Part shown: positions 26,090 through 39,160 of the stretch, piece by piece
Layout of the letters: each line of letters opens with the position of its first letter
How positions within the stretch are numbered: the first letter of the stretch is position 1
Source of the DNA: Azolla caroliniana
Lineage: Eukaryota; Plantae; Polypodiophyta
Assembly: GCA_043228905.1 (NCBI GenBank)
Contig: JBHGNT010000005.1
Location: 124,001-188,000, forward strand
DNA: 64,000 nucleotides
Direction of reading: 5' to 3'
Position numbers and translations under genes: made by a program
The notes under the pieces: generated by a model
Databases searched by the model: none
The model's input: only the letters and a program-made list of their open reading frames with translations
Told to the model about the DNA's origin: nothing

Positions 26090-26730
26090 TTTTATACTCC
26101 CAACTCCCAATGGGGCGATTGTTGATGCTCTACAATTTTCCCACTAAGATTATAATGACAAACTTTTGGTAGCATCTGCCTAAAGCTTTAGCCACCCTCT
26201 TGCAATGTAAAGGTACATCGATGATATAACATTTCGTGTAAGCCCTCAATGTTATCCTAGTTTTGGAGCTACTTATGTATTATCACAATTGCAAATTATT
26301 CCTACGAGATCTTGGATTTTGCAAAGTACACTAAACAAAGGGGAAGTTATTTGTATGATATGCATGTACCTTATAGACGTGTTTGCATACTCAACCCTAA
26401 TTATGTTCTCCAAGATAACGCCATAACTTTCATACTCCAACTCCAAATGGGGTGATCCTGTATGTTCTAGAGAAGAAGTCTTCTCATTAAGATAATTCAA
26501 ATGACAAGCTTTTGGCAACATCTACTTGAAACTTTAGCCTCCCTCTTCCAATGTAAAGGTACATCAATGATATAACATTTCATGCAAGCCCCCAATGTTC
26601 TCCTAGTTTTGGAGCTATTATTTTGTATGAGATATTGGATTTTTTGTAAAGTACACTAAACAAAAGGGGAAATTATTTATATGATATGCATGTACCTTAT
26701 GGATGTGTTTGCATAGACAACCCTATTTAT
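26090..26730. repeat. Diverged tandem duplication, unit about 340 bp, probably within a non-autonomous TE remnant
   Basis: Blocks atactcc.aactcc.aatgggg.gat, atgaca..cttttgg...caatgtaaaggtacatc.atgatataacattt...cctagttttggagcta and aaagtacactaaacaaa...tgatatgcatgtaccttat each occur twice in the same order. Confidence 0.8.
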
Positions 26731-29237
26731 GTTTGAGCGTATGTGTTGAGTGCTTCAAGCCGGTGATTGTGAAAAACCTTACAAAGCATCAAACATCACA
26801 TGCATGTTTTATTTTGGTTTTTGTTTGCCTTTTGAAAGCCTTATGGCATTTGCATTTTGTTGATGTTGTACCCAAGGAACACTCTCCTTAGCAAAGAGCA
26901 AAGAATCCTCATGAAGCATCTTTTCGGGGTGAAATCTTTATATAAAGCATCTCATTATATTTGTACACATGCAATAATATCCGATTCTAAGTGATTTGGG
27001 TCTTGACTGAAATATTTGTCATTGATTTCAATCTTATCATGATTTATAGTGCTTGAAAGCTAAAGTTTAAATCTAGCATCATAACATTTGAGAACACTGA
27101 AATTTGAAAGTGTCCTTGTCACATTTGAGTAAATCGATGCCTCATCACATAATCATAAACGTGAACATTGTGATTGCTCGACCATAAATGATGGAGGCGT
27201 AGCAACCATATATGACTTATTTGTATTACACATCGGATGGAGCCAATATTGTCACGTTTTGCCTCTATTAGACATAAAAAGTAGGACCTATGTACTACCC
27301 ATTGAAAGTATGTAGCATTTGCATACATTGGACAATACCTTTACTTTGACAACTTTAGGTATCAACCTCGAACATTCGATAATGCTTCTAGACCACACAA
27401 TGGATGTCCAATGGAACATTGTTATGTTTGGCCTTTAATGGACAGTAATGTGGTCGTAATTTTAGCTACCACTTGGCGGGCCAATTTTTTTAATTTGGTG
27501 TGAGCAGATATTAATATGACCTCAGTATTATCCACCATTTTATGGAGCCATTATCTTGAATTAACTGTGCCATACATTTATATGAACTCCACATATATAC
27601 AAGTGCTTTCTCGCCTCAGGTGGACATTAGCATAACCTTTGAACGGTATGATCTTTACACCACCCATCAACTTGCCACATTGCTATCATGTTCGTATTTG
27701 CACATTGGTAGTCACAAGGTGGTTGTTTGAAGTTTCCACTACGGCATGGTCCTTGCAATTCCTTTTTTACATCTATGCACTTGGGTATGACACATTAAAG
27801 AGTAAATTCATTACATGAGACAACATGGCCTCTCTCGATTTCCCTCATTTCTGAGGATCAATTGGTTGGATTTCTTTTTCTCAATTTTGTTTTTCCATTG
27901 TTGGAGGATTACACATTGATATGAGAAATAAAATACAATGAAGTCCACTTAACCATTAGTTACTATGGGGGAGTTTTGTATCCTACATTATGGGAATTGT
28001 TACTCTATTTATTTTTACCATCATAGTGATCGAATCAGTAGTTCACAATGAACCAAAGTGTGCATGGATGGGTCTAGTTCTTGTCTTAAATCATGTCACC
28101 CATACCATGCACTTCTTTTGTCCCACATTTACGATAATGTTGGTACTAATTTTACAGTCCCCTATACCTTTTTTATTTCTTCGAGAAGAATACACACATG
28201 AGAGTATAAAACCTTGAAAAATATAATGGTATCATTTTTTTACAATGTGAAAATCAATGAACTTTTCGAAAAAGTTACAAACTTTCTCCAACTTGATTGG
28301 CTCAGTTTTTACATAGAAAGAGGCACGCTCCATGGGTTGTAATAGAGTTAGCAGCCACTTTAAAGCCGTTATCTTTATTCATTTTTATGGTTTAAGATTT
28401 ATAGGTTTTTGTGATATATGCCTTTAAAATTTTGTCGCTATCCGCATTTCAATTCAACATTGGTGGTTTTCAAGATTAAAAATGTCGTTTGAGGTTTTTC
28501 TTTTTTAAAGTTAAGACGTCGATCATTCCTCTCAAATTTTGAAATAAAGTTCGTCGAGCCTGGTTATATGAGAATATATTTCATTCCAATATCAATAATC
28601 AATTCTCTCGTGTGACCAACCCTAGGACATTGGATATGGATGAAAGTGCTAGAGTGTTGTATTCTCAAAATTAATTAACAAATAGGTGGAATAGTAAATA
28701 TAAATGAGCAAGAAATATGATAATATCTTTCGTTGCACTCGCGTGATTTGTAATCACGAAGTAAAGAAAATAAGAATATTGAAAGACTAAACGATGGGTA
28801 GAAGAGTTTAAGAAATCAATAAGCAGTACAATAAATGGCGAAAACATGGCTATCATGTAGATAACAAAGTTTTTAGAGATGTAGTTCATAAAGGAGTCAT
28901 TCTAATGCTTCTTGAGGGAACGAGGGTCAATTTGAATAAACCTTCTGTTCCTCCCTAATGAAGTTGACAAACTATTATCCCCATTGACCTCGACAAATGC
29001 TTCACATTGGCTAGAGTTTTGGATATCCTCTAGTTTAGGTTGTTTTGAACTAAAAGATCTAGTGGATCTTGTGTATAGAAAGATTGAAAGTAAACTGAAA
29101 TATTAGATAATAGAAACTAGTAATTTTGCTTGTGTGCGTGTACACATAAATATGGTGCAATCAATGATTTAGCTGGTACTTTTTATTCATTTTTTAAGGT
29201 GATTGCTTAGCCATGAAATGTACAAAGAACCTCACCT

Positions 29238-29258
29238 AAACCCTAAACCCTAAACCCT
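29238..29258 (+). repeat. Short interstitial plant telomere-like tract (AAACCCT)x3
   Basis: taaaccctaaaccctaaaccct. A similar tract lies at about 42399-42417 in the SRS intron. Confidence 0.7.
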
Positions 29259-30204
29259 CATGTCTAATGTCCTAATTTCTAAAGTAGTTTTGGCCATTCA
29301 CAAACAATTGAAATGTTGTAACTTAAAACCTTGAATATTGGTGTATGCCTCGCATGCACAAGGATCTTAATGTCTTACGAGTCACATATCCATTCTTGGC
29401 TCAAAAAACAATTTTAATCCTCAACTTTGCGGCTTGAGAACATCGATGGTAGGAAACACTTATTATGTTATGCACTGAACTTGAGGCAAACAATTTTGGG
29501 AAATAAGCAATATCTTTTTTCAGATGTTGAAGCAGATAAAAATCCATTGATACCCATTTAGCAGTTGTGTGAATAGAGAAATATTGTAACGAAGATAAAT
29601 TCTTGTTGGATCCAACACATTCCACTTGAATGTTGTTTTCCGAGAGCCATTAACAAAAAAGAAACATCATAAGACGTATTTTTTCTCACAAAGGTGATAG
29701 AGACCTTCCCCAAATGCAGTATGAAGACATGGGCTTGATATGCATCAGACACCCCTTTCACATGAGATTCAACAACTTGGACCCTACCACAGAGCCACCA
29801 TTATTCTTTGGACCATACCCCGGCTCCATGTTGTCCTCAACAGAACCTCGCTGAGCCATATATACATATGAGATTGCAGACCTAATCATGGTAGGATATA
29901 TTCCATAATGACAACCAAACATATGCAAAATTCATTGGTCTGGCAAAGGCACTGTGTTTCCATACCATCATCTGGACATATCATGGGTGATTAATTATGA
30001 CGATGTTGTACAAGTTCAATATATACAAGAGGCAATGTAACATGATAACATACTGGATAAGCTGCAATATGATCGGTCATAGTGACAATTAACAAGGTAT
30101 CATAGTTTTAGAGTAGCTCAAATAACAAAACCAATTCCTGTTCACTCATTTAGACAAATCCAAATAACTGGACATATTGCCAGTCAATACATCTAGTAAT
30201 CACA

Positions 30205-30251
<47 letters not shown>

Positions 30252-30839
30252 TTCTGGACCAAAATCATAAACCCTGATTGGAAATTTTACAGATACTGAC
30301 ATGATAGAAAGAGATGACAAAAAAACAAGATGAGCACCTTGAAGTTTCAGCCACCGTCATGGAACATAACACATTCATATAAACCTGATAAACTTGTTTC
30401 ACATTGATTCATTTACTTCTAGATCAAAATTATGAACCCTGAGATTGAATCAGACTGATATAGACATAATGGAAAGATGTGTTCGAAAACAAAATGGATA
30501 ACTCCAGTCACCATCAACTCCAATGCAATATCAAATAAGAAACAACCATATAGATCATATTAATAACAATTTCTCGAGCAATTCTCGAGGACCAAGCTAG
30601 TTTTAATATCAAACATGCCATCATAAACATGCTTCATACTTCCCAAAAAATGAATATACCCTTACAATGAAAAATGCAAAACGCAAAAACTTGTTGGGTG
30701 CGGCAAGCCCCTTGTAAAATTGGCAAGAATCGGTTTTCCTTTCGCAAATGAATAACTCATAAAAAACAGGGGCGATCCACCAAAGATATATAGCAAAAAA
30801 CAATGTAAAACTAAATATTGTAGTATTTTTTCTCCTTCT

Positions 30840-32276
30840 CTAAGGGCATGCATTAAGGTTTGGCTCAAAACAAAACCCTGTAAACAAATGCAATGGATGC
30901 TTCTTAACCATCGGACACTTTTGTGACCATCGCCATGAGCGGTGCTTGAGGCAAAATAGAAGCAACTGTGGACTTCCATAAGCATGAATATAGATCAGAT
31001 CTCCTCTGCCACTACTAGAGAACACATCATCGAACTCCCCAAATCCTCGGAAAAACTTGTTGGGCATTCTCGAGATTTCTTTCCACACTCTGCAAATACC
31101 AATATCATGGGTGGATTTGAGCTTACCAGCACTACCCACAATGAGCTCCCATATACCGATGCCACGAACTATATCATACTTACCAATGCCACCCACCATG
31201 ATCAATTTCTCACAACAATTGATCAACTTTACGCATGTGAGACAACAAGGCATAGGAATGGATGCAACTTCAAGGACACCAGTGGAGAGATCATATGAGA
31301 CCAGACCATGGCGACTTTCACTTATACCTACCATGGCCGTAGAGTGGATGACACAATAGAAGACACCATTGCAAATAACACTATTGTCTCCACCCCTCCA
31401 ACCCATCAACACAGTATTGACTCGTGTGATCCACATGTATGACTTCAAGGATGGTGGGGACGATGACTGGGATGATATCGCAAATGATGATGAAGACATA
31501 GATGATGATGATGATGACGTGGGCAATGATGAAACTGGCATGGGCGGTGGTGGTGATGATGATGATGATGTTACACATACCTCAATCCGAAATTCCCATC
31601 GAGAATAGTCCTCCTGGATCTGGGTGGACCGAGCAACAACAGCCACTTGATGCTTCAAGATTTTGTCCACCATCAATGATACAGCATAGTAATCTGAATA
31701 CCATCCATAAGTCTCTGGCATCTTCCGCCACATGTTGTTCATTGGATTACAAACATAAAGGGAATATCCATCCAACACATTGGCAAAACACACAAGCCCA
31801 TTGGATGAGGCGACAAAGACCCAATTTCCATCCGGGCATGGGAGTGTGAAACCATGCCATTTCCTCGCACTGGGGTCGTAGGCCAACCCTTTGGAGCTCT
31901 GAGCTTCCCTATACATGAAGTACCATGGGCCATAGGAAGCATGGTCATTCTCTTCACATAGAGAGAGGAACCTTCTAGAAGTAGTGATCGTATTCCATCT
32001 CTTGCATACCACTCCAGCTCGAAGGATATTTGCAATCGGGAGGGATGAAAGGATCTTCTCCAGAATCTCATCCGGAAGAGATACAGACAAATCACATTCT
32101 TCTTCTAATTCATCGGAATCACCTTCTTGCTCGTAATGTGAATTGGTTTGAGTTCGAGGCCCAATGGGCGGTTTCACACTGTAGCGCCCATCGCTCCACC
32201 CGTCCGTCCATCCCCACTCTTGATGTTTTTTTACTGCTAAGAGGTGCGGAAGGAAGCTTCTCGTTAGACTCTCCAT
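30840..32276 (-). CDS. HWS: F-box/kelch protein HAWAIIAN SKIRT (At3g61590) homolog
   Basis: Intronless 478-aa ORF. LPDEILEKILSSLPIANILRAGVVCKRW, PWYFM, AYDP..RKW.GF.LPC, WFVASS-like WVFVASSNGLVCF, GWRGGDNSVICNGV.Y, RHGL, IPMPC.LTC..L.N, VGGIGK, GIGIW, MP.KFF.GFGEFDDVFSSSG..DLIYI..YGSP.LL, WRWSQKCP..K..PL.LFTGFCFEP. These are HWS signatures. Confidence 0.93.
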   Translation of the reverse strand: MESLTRSFLPHLLAVKKHQEWGWTDGWSDGRYSVKPPIGPRTQTNSHYEQEGDSDELEEECDLSVSLPDEILEKILSSLPIANILRAGVVCKRWNTITTSRRFLSLCEENDHASYGPWYFMYREAQSSKGLAYDPSARKWHGFTLPCPDGNWVFVASSNGLVCFANVLDGYSLYVCNPMNNMWRKMPETYGWYSDYYAVSLMVDKILKHQVAVVARSTQIQEDYSRWEFRIEVCVTSSSSSPPPPMPVSSLPTSSSSSSMSSSSFAISSQSSSPPSLKSYMWITRVNTVLMGWRGGDNSVICNGVFYCVIHSTAMVGISESRHGLVSYDLSTGVLEVASIPMPCCLTCVKLINCCEKLIMVGGIGKYDIVRGIGIWELIVGSAGKLKSTHDIGICRVWKEISRMPNKFFRGFGEFDDVFSSSGRGDLIYIHAYGSPQLLLFCLKHRSWRWSQKCPMVKKHPLHLFTGFCFEPNLNACP

Positions 32277-32282
32277 TTACAT
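32277..32282 (-). promoter_or_regulatory. Minimal AUG-UAA uORF directly abutting the HWS start codon
   Basis: The minus strand reads ...ata ATG TAA ATG GAG... Function is unproven. Confidence 0.4.
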
Positions 32283-32759
32283 TATATTTAGTATATCATA
32301 TTGAGAGATTAAAGGAAGGTTCAAAACTCGTTCTCTCCCCTTTCTAATTATCAAAGAGGAATTATTGTCACATATGATGAAGGAGATATAACAGGTGCAA
32401 ACACACGCACTCTCTATCTCGCTCTCTTTACAGAGAAGAAGAGGTGGAGATGGGAAATAGAGATGGGCGATGGAGATTTGCCCTAATCTGACGCACTAAG
32501 AGCAACCCAACTCATGAAATCGAGCAGAGAAAAGAACCCATACATATTTAAGAAACAAACTATTTTGTCTCTCTCTCCCTCTCTCGAGGGAGGGAGGGAG
32601 GGAGGGAGGGAGGGGGAAGAGAAGAAGAAACAGTGATGGCGATGGCGATGGCGATGGGGATGGCGGTTTTGCCAAAAAAGGAAGGTTTAAGAGGAAGACA
32701 AAAGCAATGGAAAATGGCAGAGCGAGGAGCAGCCTAAGCGGGAAATCTCTATTACCACT

Positions 32760-32796
<37 letters not shown>

Positions 32797-33531
32797 GCGA
32801 CAGGGTATATGACTATTTATTTATTTATTCATGTTGTGTACATACATATTGATATATGTATCAATATGTATGTATGTATAGGTTTCTATATTCTTTCTTT
32901 CCTTCTTTCTATCTCTCTCTCTGTCTCTGCGTGTCTGCGGTCTGTGTGTGTATATATATATATGTATATGTGTATCAGTATGTACATATGCAATGTACTG
33001 ATTTGATTTCCCGATACGAATGAATGAATCCGTCAGAAGAGGAAAAAAACAAAAACCCCTAACTTCTGAGATTTTCTTTTTAACAAGAAAAGAAGAAGAA
33101 GAAGAAGAAAGAGAAAAGGAAGTAAAAGGATAAATATATAGAAAAAAACACCAATATATAGATATGCATACACACATACCTTCTCTTTCTCTATCTCTCT
33201 CCCTCTCTCTCACTCACTCAGCAGCTTCTGTCCATTCTCTGAGTCACTGTGACCTCAATCCAAAATAAAGAAAACAGTAGTATGTATGTATGTATCATGT
33301 ATGTACATACTGTGTCTGTCTCTCTGGGAGGTCGCCATTAGAGCTTGCAGAGGGTGGGGGGGGGGGGGAGAAGTAATGTGAGGTCATTTGTTTGGGTCGT
33401 TTTTCTTTTTATTTTTTTAGGTTTTTTTTTAGACAGGGGGAAATTTCGGGAAAAAAGGAGAGAGAAAACCAAAAAACAGGATCCTCTTGACCAGGGTTCA
33501 AATCCTGGCACCACCACCCCACACCCTCGCT

Positions 33532-33592
33532 TCTCTTGTCTTGTCCTGTCTTGTCCTGTCCTGTCCTGTCTTGTCTTGTCTTGTCTTGTCTT
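33532..33592. repeat. (CTTGT/CCTGT)n pentanucleotide repeat
   Basis: Directly visible. Confidence 0.85.
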
Positions 33593-36439
33593 TATCCATC
33601 CCTTCACACACACTCCATAGTCCTGACTCCTCCCCTCTTCAATACAACCCCCCCCCCACCCACTTAGATTGTGTTGGGTCCAATTACGAGACATGCATTG
33701 GTTCAAATCCTCGTCTCGCTCTCTCACATGGCTCCCGTCTACATCTCTCTCGTTTACGATGCATACATACATGGGGCAATGTCCATCGCCCAAATATTAT
33801 CATTATTCTCTCCTTTTTTGTCCTCCTATTGTCATCTCCGTTGCATTCCCATGTAACAATGCCATGTTCTATTTCTCGAGCCGACATATTTGCCTATTCC
33901 CCTTCCCTCTTGCTTGCTTCACTCTCTCATCTCCCTTTTGCCCTCCTTGCCACCCTCATTGGGGCTCTACATTGTATCTATCTCCAAGGGAAGATGGATG
34001 GATAGGCATATGAATCGACACGATTCCGTTGCAACAATGCCATGTTGCCATCCTCCTTGTAGATGGGTCGTTCTCCATTGATGGCAGATGCTATTCTATT
34101 GAGATCTTAGCGAGGAAAAACCAACCTTCTTGAAGATAAACTTCCTAAAGAGTTTTAAACACTAACCTTCTTGGTCTATCTAAGTACATTGGAAGCCTTT
34201 TATTTAGACTTATATTACGCCAAGAGCAAACATCTCCACAATAAGCCACACCGTTACTGGAGAGACATCCAAAAAACACATATAAACTAATTCATTGATC
34301 TAGAGTGGGGAAATAGTTTTCGAGGTTGAGGGAACTTACTTTTTAGAAGAAGCGACCTGCATATTGACACCAAATGGTGTGCCACGACTGAGGAAAGTGG
34401 ATAAGAGACACTGGTGTGCATTGTTGATCATTCGTGGTTTTGTGGTTCACTTTCATATAAAGAAATGACATGTGAGTGATCATCGGCTGTGTAACTCTTT
34501 GGCTGGTTGGATTAGTAATAGAGTATAGTTTGGACATATTTCACTATTACAACATCCACATCAACACATTTATCAATGAGCAACATAGGGGGGTGACCAA
34601 CGACATTGACAACCGACTATGGGTAACACCATCCATTTCAAGGTTAGTTGATTTGACAAAATGTGATTTTTTACATGGTCCTTAAGCTCATTTCCACTCT
34701 AAAGTGAAGGATATTACATCACATTTTTTAGAATGAAGACAAATCCTCCAAAGCATTACATTTCGCACACATCGTTGTACTTGCTCTCATACTATCTCTC
34801 TTTACCTTTCAACACTTTTTCTATCTCATTGCTATGGAGTCAATTTGAATCGAGACAAAAAGGTACATGCTCCCCGCCCCAGATAATTTCTCCCTAGGTA
34901 CACTCCCCCCCCCCCCCCCCCCCCACTCAAGCCAGAAGGGAGACATTATTACATCTTTTCTCATGCACTATTTGTTGCTATGCAATGCTTCATTTAGGAC
35001 TATGAAAAGTGTATGGTCTTTCTTTGTCTTCTAATGAAACGAGCATCAGTGCAAGTTTGACTCAAGATCACTCAACACAACATTGGGTAACCTTCAATAA
35101 TTAACCAACCAAAGCCATCTAAAGCTCGTTTGAAGGTTGTGGCTTAATGGGATATAAGCATAGTTACTATCATGTTGAGGAACTTGATCCATGTAGATGA
35201 CTATATGGAGCACTTTTGTATAAATTATCTCATGCGATCAATGATGTGCAATGGGAGTTGAATATTGATGCAACCATATTGATATGGCATCTTGAAGGAT
35301 GTTGTCAATGTGTGCAACCAATGAAGATCATGTTATCAATGTTGTTGTTGTGTGGGTATGAAGAGTTGCACATTGTATATGATCATGTGTAATATCAATC
35401 ACAACCACAAGTTCCACATGGTGTTGAGGCAACAAATAACCGATATCTTAAATTCCGAGGCATTTATGATTCTTCGATACTTCAAGGAATGGTTAAGGTT
35501 TGAACAAGTCTCTACGTAACCAATGACCAAATTTGCATTGCATGTGTCGATACCATATCATGCGTTGGTGTTTTATGACATTGAAGGCACTTCATGGAGT
35601 TATTCTCGATGTGGCCAATGATACAAAGACCTTAAGTTGTCTTGCAACAAGAAGTCGACAATTTGGTCTTTTGAAGGTTAATGTAGACAACATATTGTCA
35701 AGATGTTATGGGTTTCAAATTTGTGATTTGAAAATGTTTCAAGGTGTAAATATATGGCTTGCAAGAATAACTTGGTTTCTCATATCAATTTCCGATCATT
35801 AAGAGATATTTTAAAAACTAACTTGACAATTTAAGGTGCTTGTGTGACTAAAGGCTTAAAAATAAACTTAAAAATAAGGTATATGTGACTAAAGGCTAAA
35901 CATAGACTTGTAGAGTGGTATACTTATGCCACATGCGGGCAGCGGCATGCCTAATGAGAGATTGACTAGTGAAAATTGACCATAGATATAGAGGTACCAC
36001 AATGCCATCAATGTTTTCTTGAAAAGGCTTCAATGTAAAAATTCAATATTACACGATGTGTTTACGTGACAGGAGGACATATCATCCAATGGAAGTGGAT
36101 GTGACTAGCATGAGCGCATTGTGTAATGGCAATTGATCTGACTAATGAAAGATGCATTAAATGTAAGAGGTATTGAAATCTATCAAGGTATCAAGACAAC
36201 AAAGACAATGATTCATCTTGGGTAAATTTTGTACATCAAACAAACCTCGTCTCTTGAAATAAACATCAAAAGTATTTGGCAAATGTAAGGTATTCTCCTT
36301 TATTTTGCAATATTGAAGCATGATCTGAATTTTAGACATACGAGCATTTGTTTTTAGTTTCCAAGCAATCCCGCCATGATATCGTGGGAGTGTTGAGTAG
36401 ATTGTAGAGCATAGTTTTGGTTTATGTATGAAATGGAAC

Positions 36440-36650
36440 CAAGTCCTATACGACGTGGGGAAGTTTAGTTTTGGATTCTATAAAATAGGAAACATTTTGT
36501 GCAAGTCCTATCATATGGAAAAACTTACTTGTGAGTTCAATTCTATGGAGAAAACTCTCTTCTTTCATGTCCTATCAAATGGGAAAACTTATGAGTCGTA
36601 TTCGATGGGGAAACTTTCTTCCACGTCCTTTCAAATGGGAAAAGTTTCAT
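36440..36650. repeat. Degenerate ~30-bp tandem array (gtcctat...atggg.aaaact), about 7 units
   Basis: Motif recurs near 36443, 36476, 36505, 36535, 36569, 36595 and 36625. Confidence 0.7.
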
Positions 36651-36797
36651 CCTCACACATCCTTACGCCATTTTTGTAAATACCAAATTGTTGTTTGTGA
36701 GGAGCCTTGCATCTGAAGCTATTGTAAGGCCTATGTTTGAGGATTAAAAAAATAAAATGTGAGCTAGACTTTTTGTTGGATTGATTTTTTCTTATTC

Positions 36798-36800
<3 letters not shown>

Positions 36801-36850
<50 letters not shown>
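36801..36850. repeat. (TA)n microsatellite
   Basis: Directly visible. Confidence 0.9.
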
Positions 36851-36853
<3 letters not shown>

Positions 36854-38904
36854 CACTATTTCATTATTCTGTTGCCGTAAGGTATGCCTTTTAAGACATG
36901 TATTTCTTAATACATAATATAAGAGATTTAGATCTCTTCATTGATTTGATAAATTATTTCTTAAATCATGTGACAAGTCACAATAGTGAAGAACTTGATT
37001 TACAACAATGAAGTTGTGGGTTCAAGGCTTGATGTTGTGTTCACATGGTCAATTTTCTGGTCTGAGATCATGTCTTGCTTCTCGCATGCTAAACTACAAT
37101 GTGAAGGCTTTACTTGGGTGAGCTTCGGTTTTAGATCATGCATCCTTTCCCGACTAGACATTACATACTAAAACAAGATTAAAAATATTTACCTTTACAT
37201 TATATATGTTTATCTAGCATTTTTCGATTGCCTCGTCATAAGTTTCTAAATAAATTTGATGACCTTAAGGTTTGAACTGTAAACTATGGGTCCAATGTTT
37301 TTGAAAAACAGCAACAATATTTTTTATCTTCAAAACATTACACAAACATCTTAGTAGCACTATATTGCATTGTGCAAATTCGTCTACTTTTCTTCTAAAA
37401 AACGATTGGCTTTATAGATTTGTATTCCATAACGAACAATTAATAAATGACACGAATGCATTATAAAAAAGTAATGCATCACCATATCCAAGCGAAGTGC
37501 AATATAAACTCTAATACTCGTCGTGCATTATTCTAGTCGAACCTCACACGATCTTCAGAAAAAAAATGTTTGATCCGATGTTGCAACATTTTCCGATTCA
37601 TGACATAGTACCTTTTTCCATCAAGAAGTGGAGAGTATCAAGAGTGTATCTTCTAGTTCAAGTGCCACATTATCATATCTTTTTGTTTCACTACTTTTAT
37701 GTACAAGAAGTATGCAGTCCATGTACCACTAATATTAGTGTGTCTTCCCAAAAGCATTTCCTCGCTAAATTAAAATGTTTTATTCATTCTCCATTAATAT
37801 TACAAGAATTTAACGCGATGGCCATTTATTTATTCTTGCGTCCTTTTCAAAGTTTCATTGGTAAACATTAATACTCGATGTGTCACCCCTCTCAACAATT
37901 GTGCTAAAAGCTATTATACCTTAATAATAGAAACGTGCATATAAAATGGTCAACAAATGGAATGTCTTGATGTTTCTAAGGGAAATACATGTTGCATTTA
38001 TTGTTAGCATTAGGAGTCGCCACTGTCAACTTGGCATCTTGCTTTGCAAGGCAATTAACTTCTTCATTGAACGACTCGAAGTAAGTTTTTATATTCACAC
38101 ACGTATATAGTATGTTAGTGTATAATTCACGAGAGTGCATTTTGCAAGTTAGAGAACCACACACGGAGGAGGAGAAGGTTTAGTAAATGTCATATAATGA
38201 TACAGGGAGCCGTTAGTACATCATAGGAGAAGGCCTTATATGAGTGGAATGTATGTAAGGCCTAGCATTAACTTACTAACCATGCGATACTCCAAAGATT
38301 ACCTAATGTCGGGAATGTGATTTGAGTAACACCTTGATGCTTGAATCCCCCATGTCTAACAAATCCTAATAATATATTGATTTAGTATTGAGGACAATTA
38401 CTAGCCAACTAGGTCTATCCTAAATAACAATGCAAAGCTTGGATTTCACAAGTTTTTCTTTAGTGGTAGTTTAGGAATAGAAATAACATTTATATGCCTT
38501 TTGTCCATCCTCTCACACACACGTGGTACTTTTCGGAGGTTCGTTGGACTAGGCTATGCGCCATGAAGACCTGTCATTGACAATCACAAAATATAAGTGT
38601 AGGTTACTAATTGTGTCGGAAGGATGTTACCAACAAGCCTCTCAAGCTATATACAAAATATGGAGTTGTTAATTATGCCATAACATAACACACTTAACAT
38701 GTGTGCACACGATTTCTTTACTTCTCTCTACCTAAGCAACATTGAAACAATAAACAATTCTAATTGCTCATTTTGCCCTCTTTTTTATTATCTCCTACCT
38801 CATCATAATCAATGTAAATATAAGTGCCCCAAGAATAACATGCCACTATAATGGCCATTTGTAGCTATACCTCCATGGCTCATGTGTCAATGTCAAGGAA
38901 TATG

Positions 38905-39160
38905 TTTATAGTGTTCACCTTCCAAACATCTAGTGTACAACATCCCTACTCATGTGCATCCATGACAAAGATATTCTACACACTTGTAAGGCCATGTGTA
39001 ACATAGGTTGATACCACAAATTTTTCATATGTGTCCTTGCCATAATATCATAGGCTAACCCCACATGTGTTCACATTCAAACATCTATTCTATAGCCATC
39101 CCTACATGTCGTTGCCCATGATGGGAAAACCCTACACATGTAGGGCCAAGTGAACCATAA
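38905..39160. repeat. Diverged ~155-bp-period duplication
   Basis: gtgttcac.ttc.aaacatcta...catccctac...ccatga...ctacaca..tgta.ggcca at about 38911-38998 and 39067-39150. Confidence 0.6.

Noticed and set aside
30984-32347. Plus-strand ORFs overlapping HWS, and similar antisense ORFs over the F-box, PIP5K, LTP and SRS exons
   Set aside because: Shadow frames of real coding sequence with no independent evidence.
33490-33516. tRNA gene
   Set aside because: Only a T-arm-like fragment is present and no cloverleaf can be built. Kept only as a low-interest finding.
32700-34080. Many overlapping 60-170 aa ORFs upstream of HWS
   Set aside because: Produced by (GA)n, (TATG)n and (CTTGT)n repeats that lack stops; no protein motifs.
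36440-36650. CRISPR-like repeat/spacer appearance
   Set aside because: Repeats are degenerate, linkers are only ~10 bp, there are no cas genes and the context is a eukaryotic nucleus.
38195-38216. ATACAGGGAGCC, a 12-nt match to the reverse complement of miR160
   Set aside because: Bases that would pair with the miRNA 5' end (AGGCA) and the 3' end mismatch. There is no hairpin or ARF coding context.
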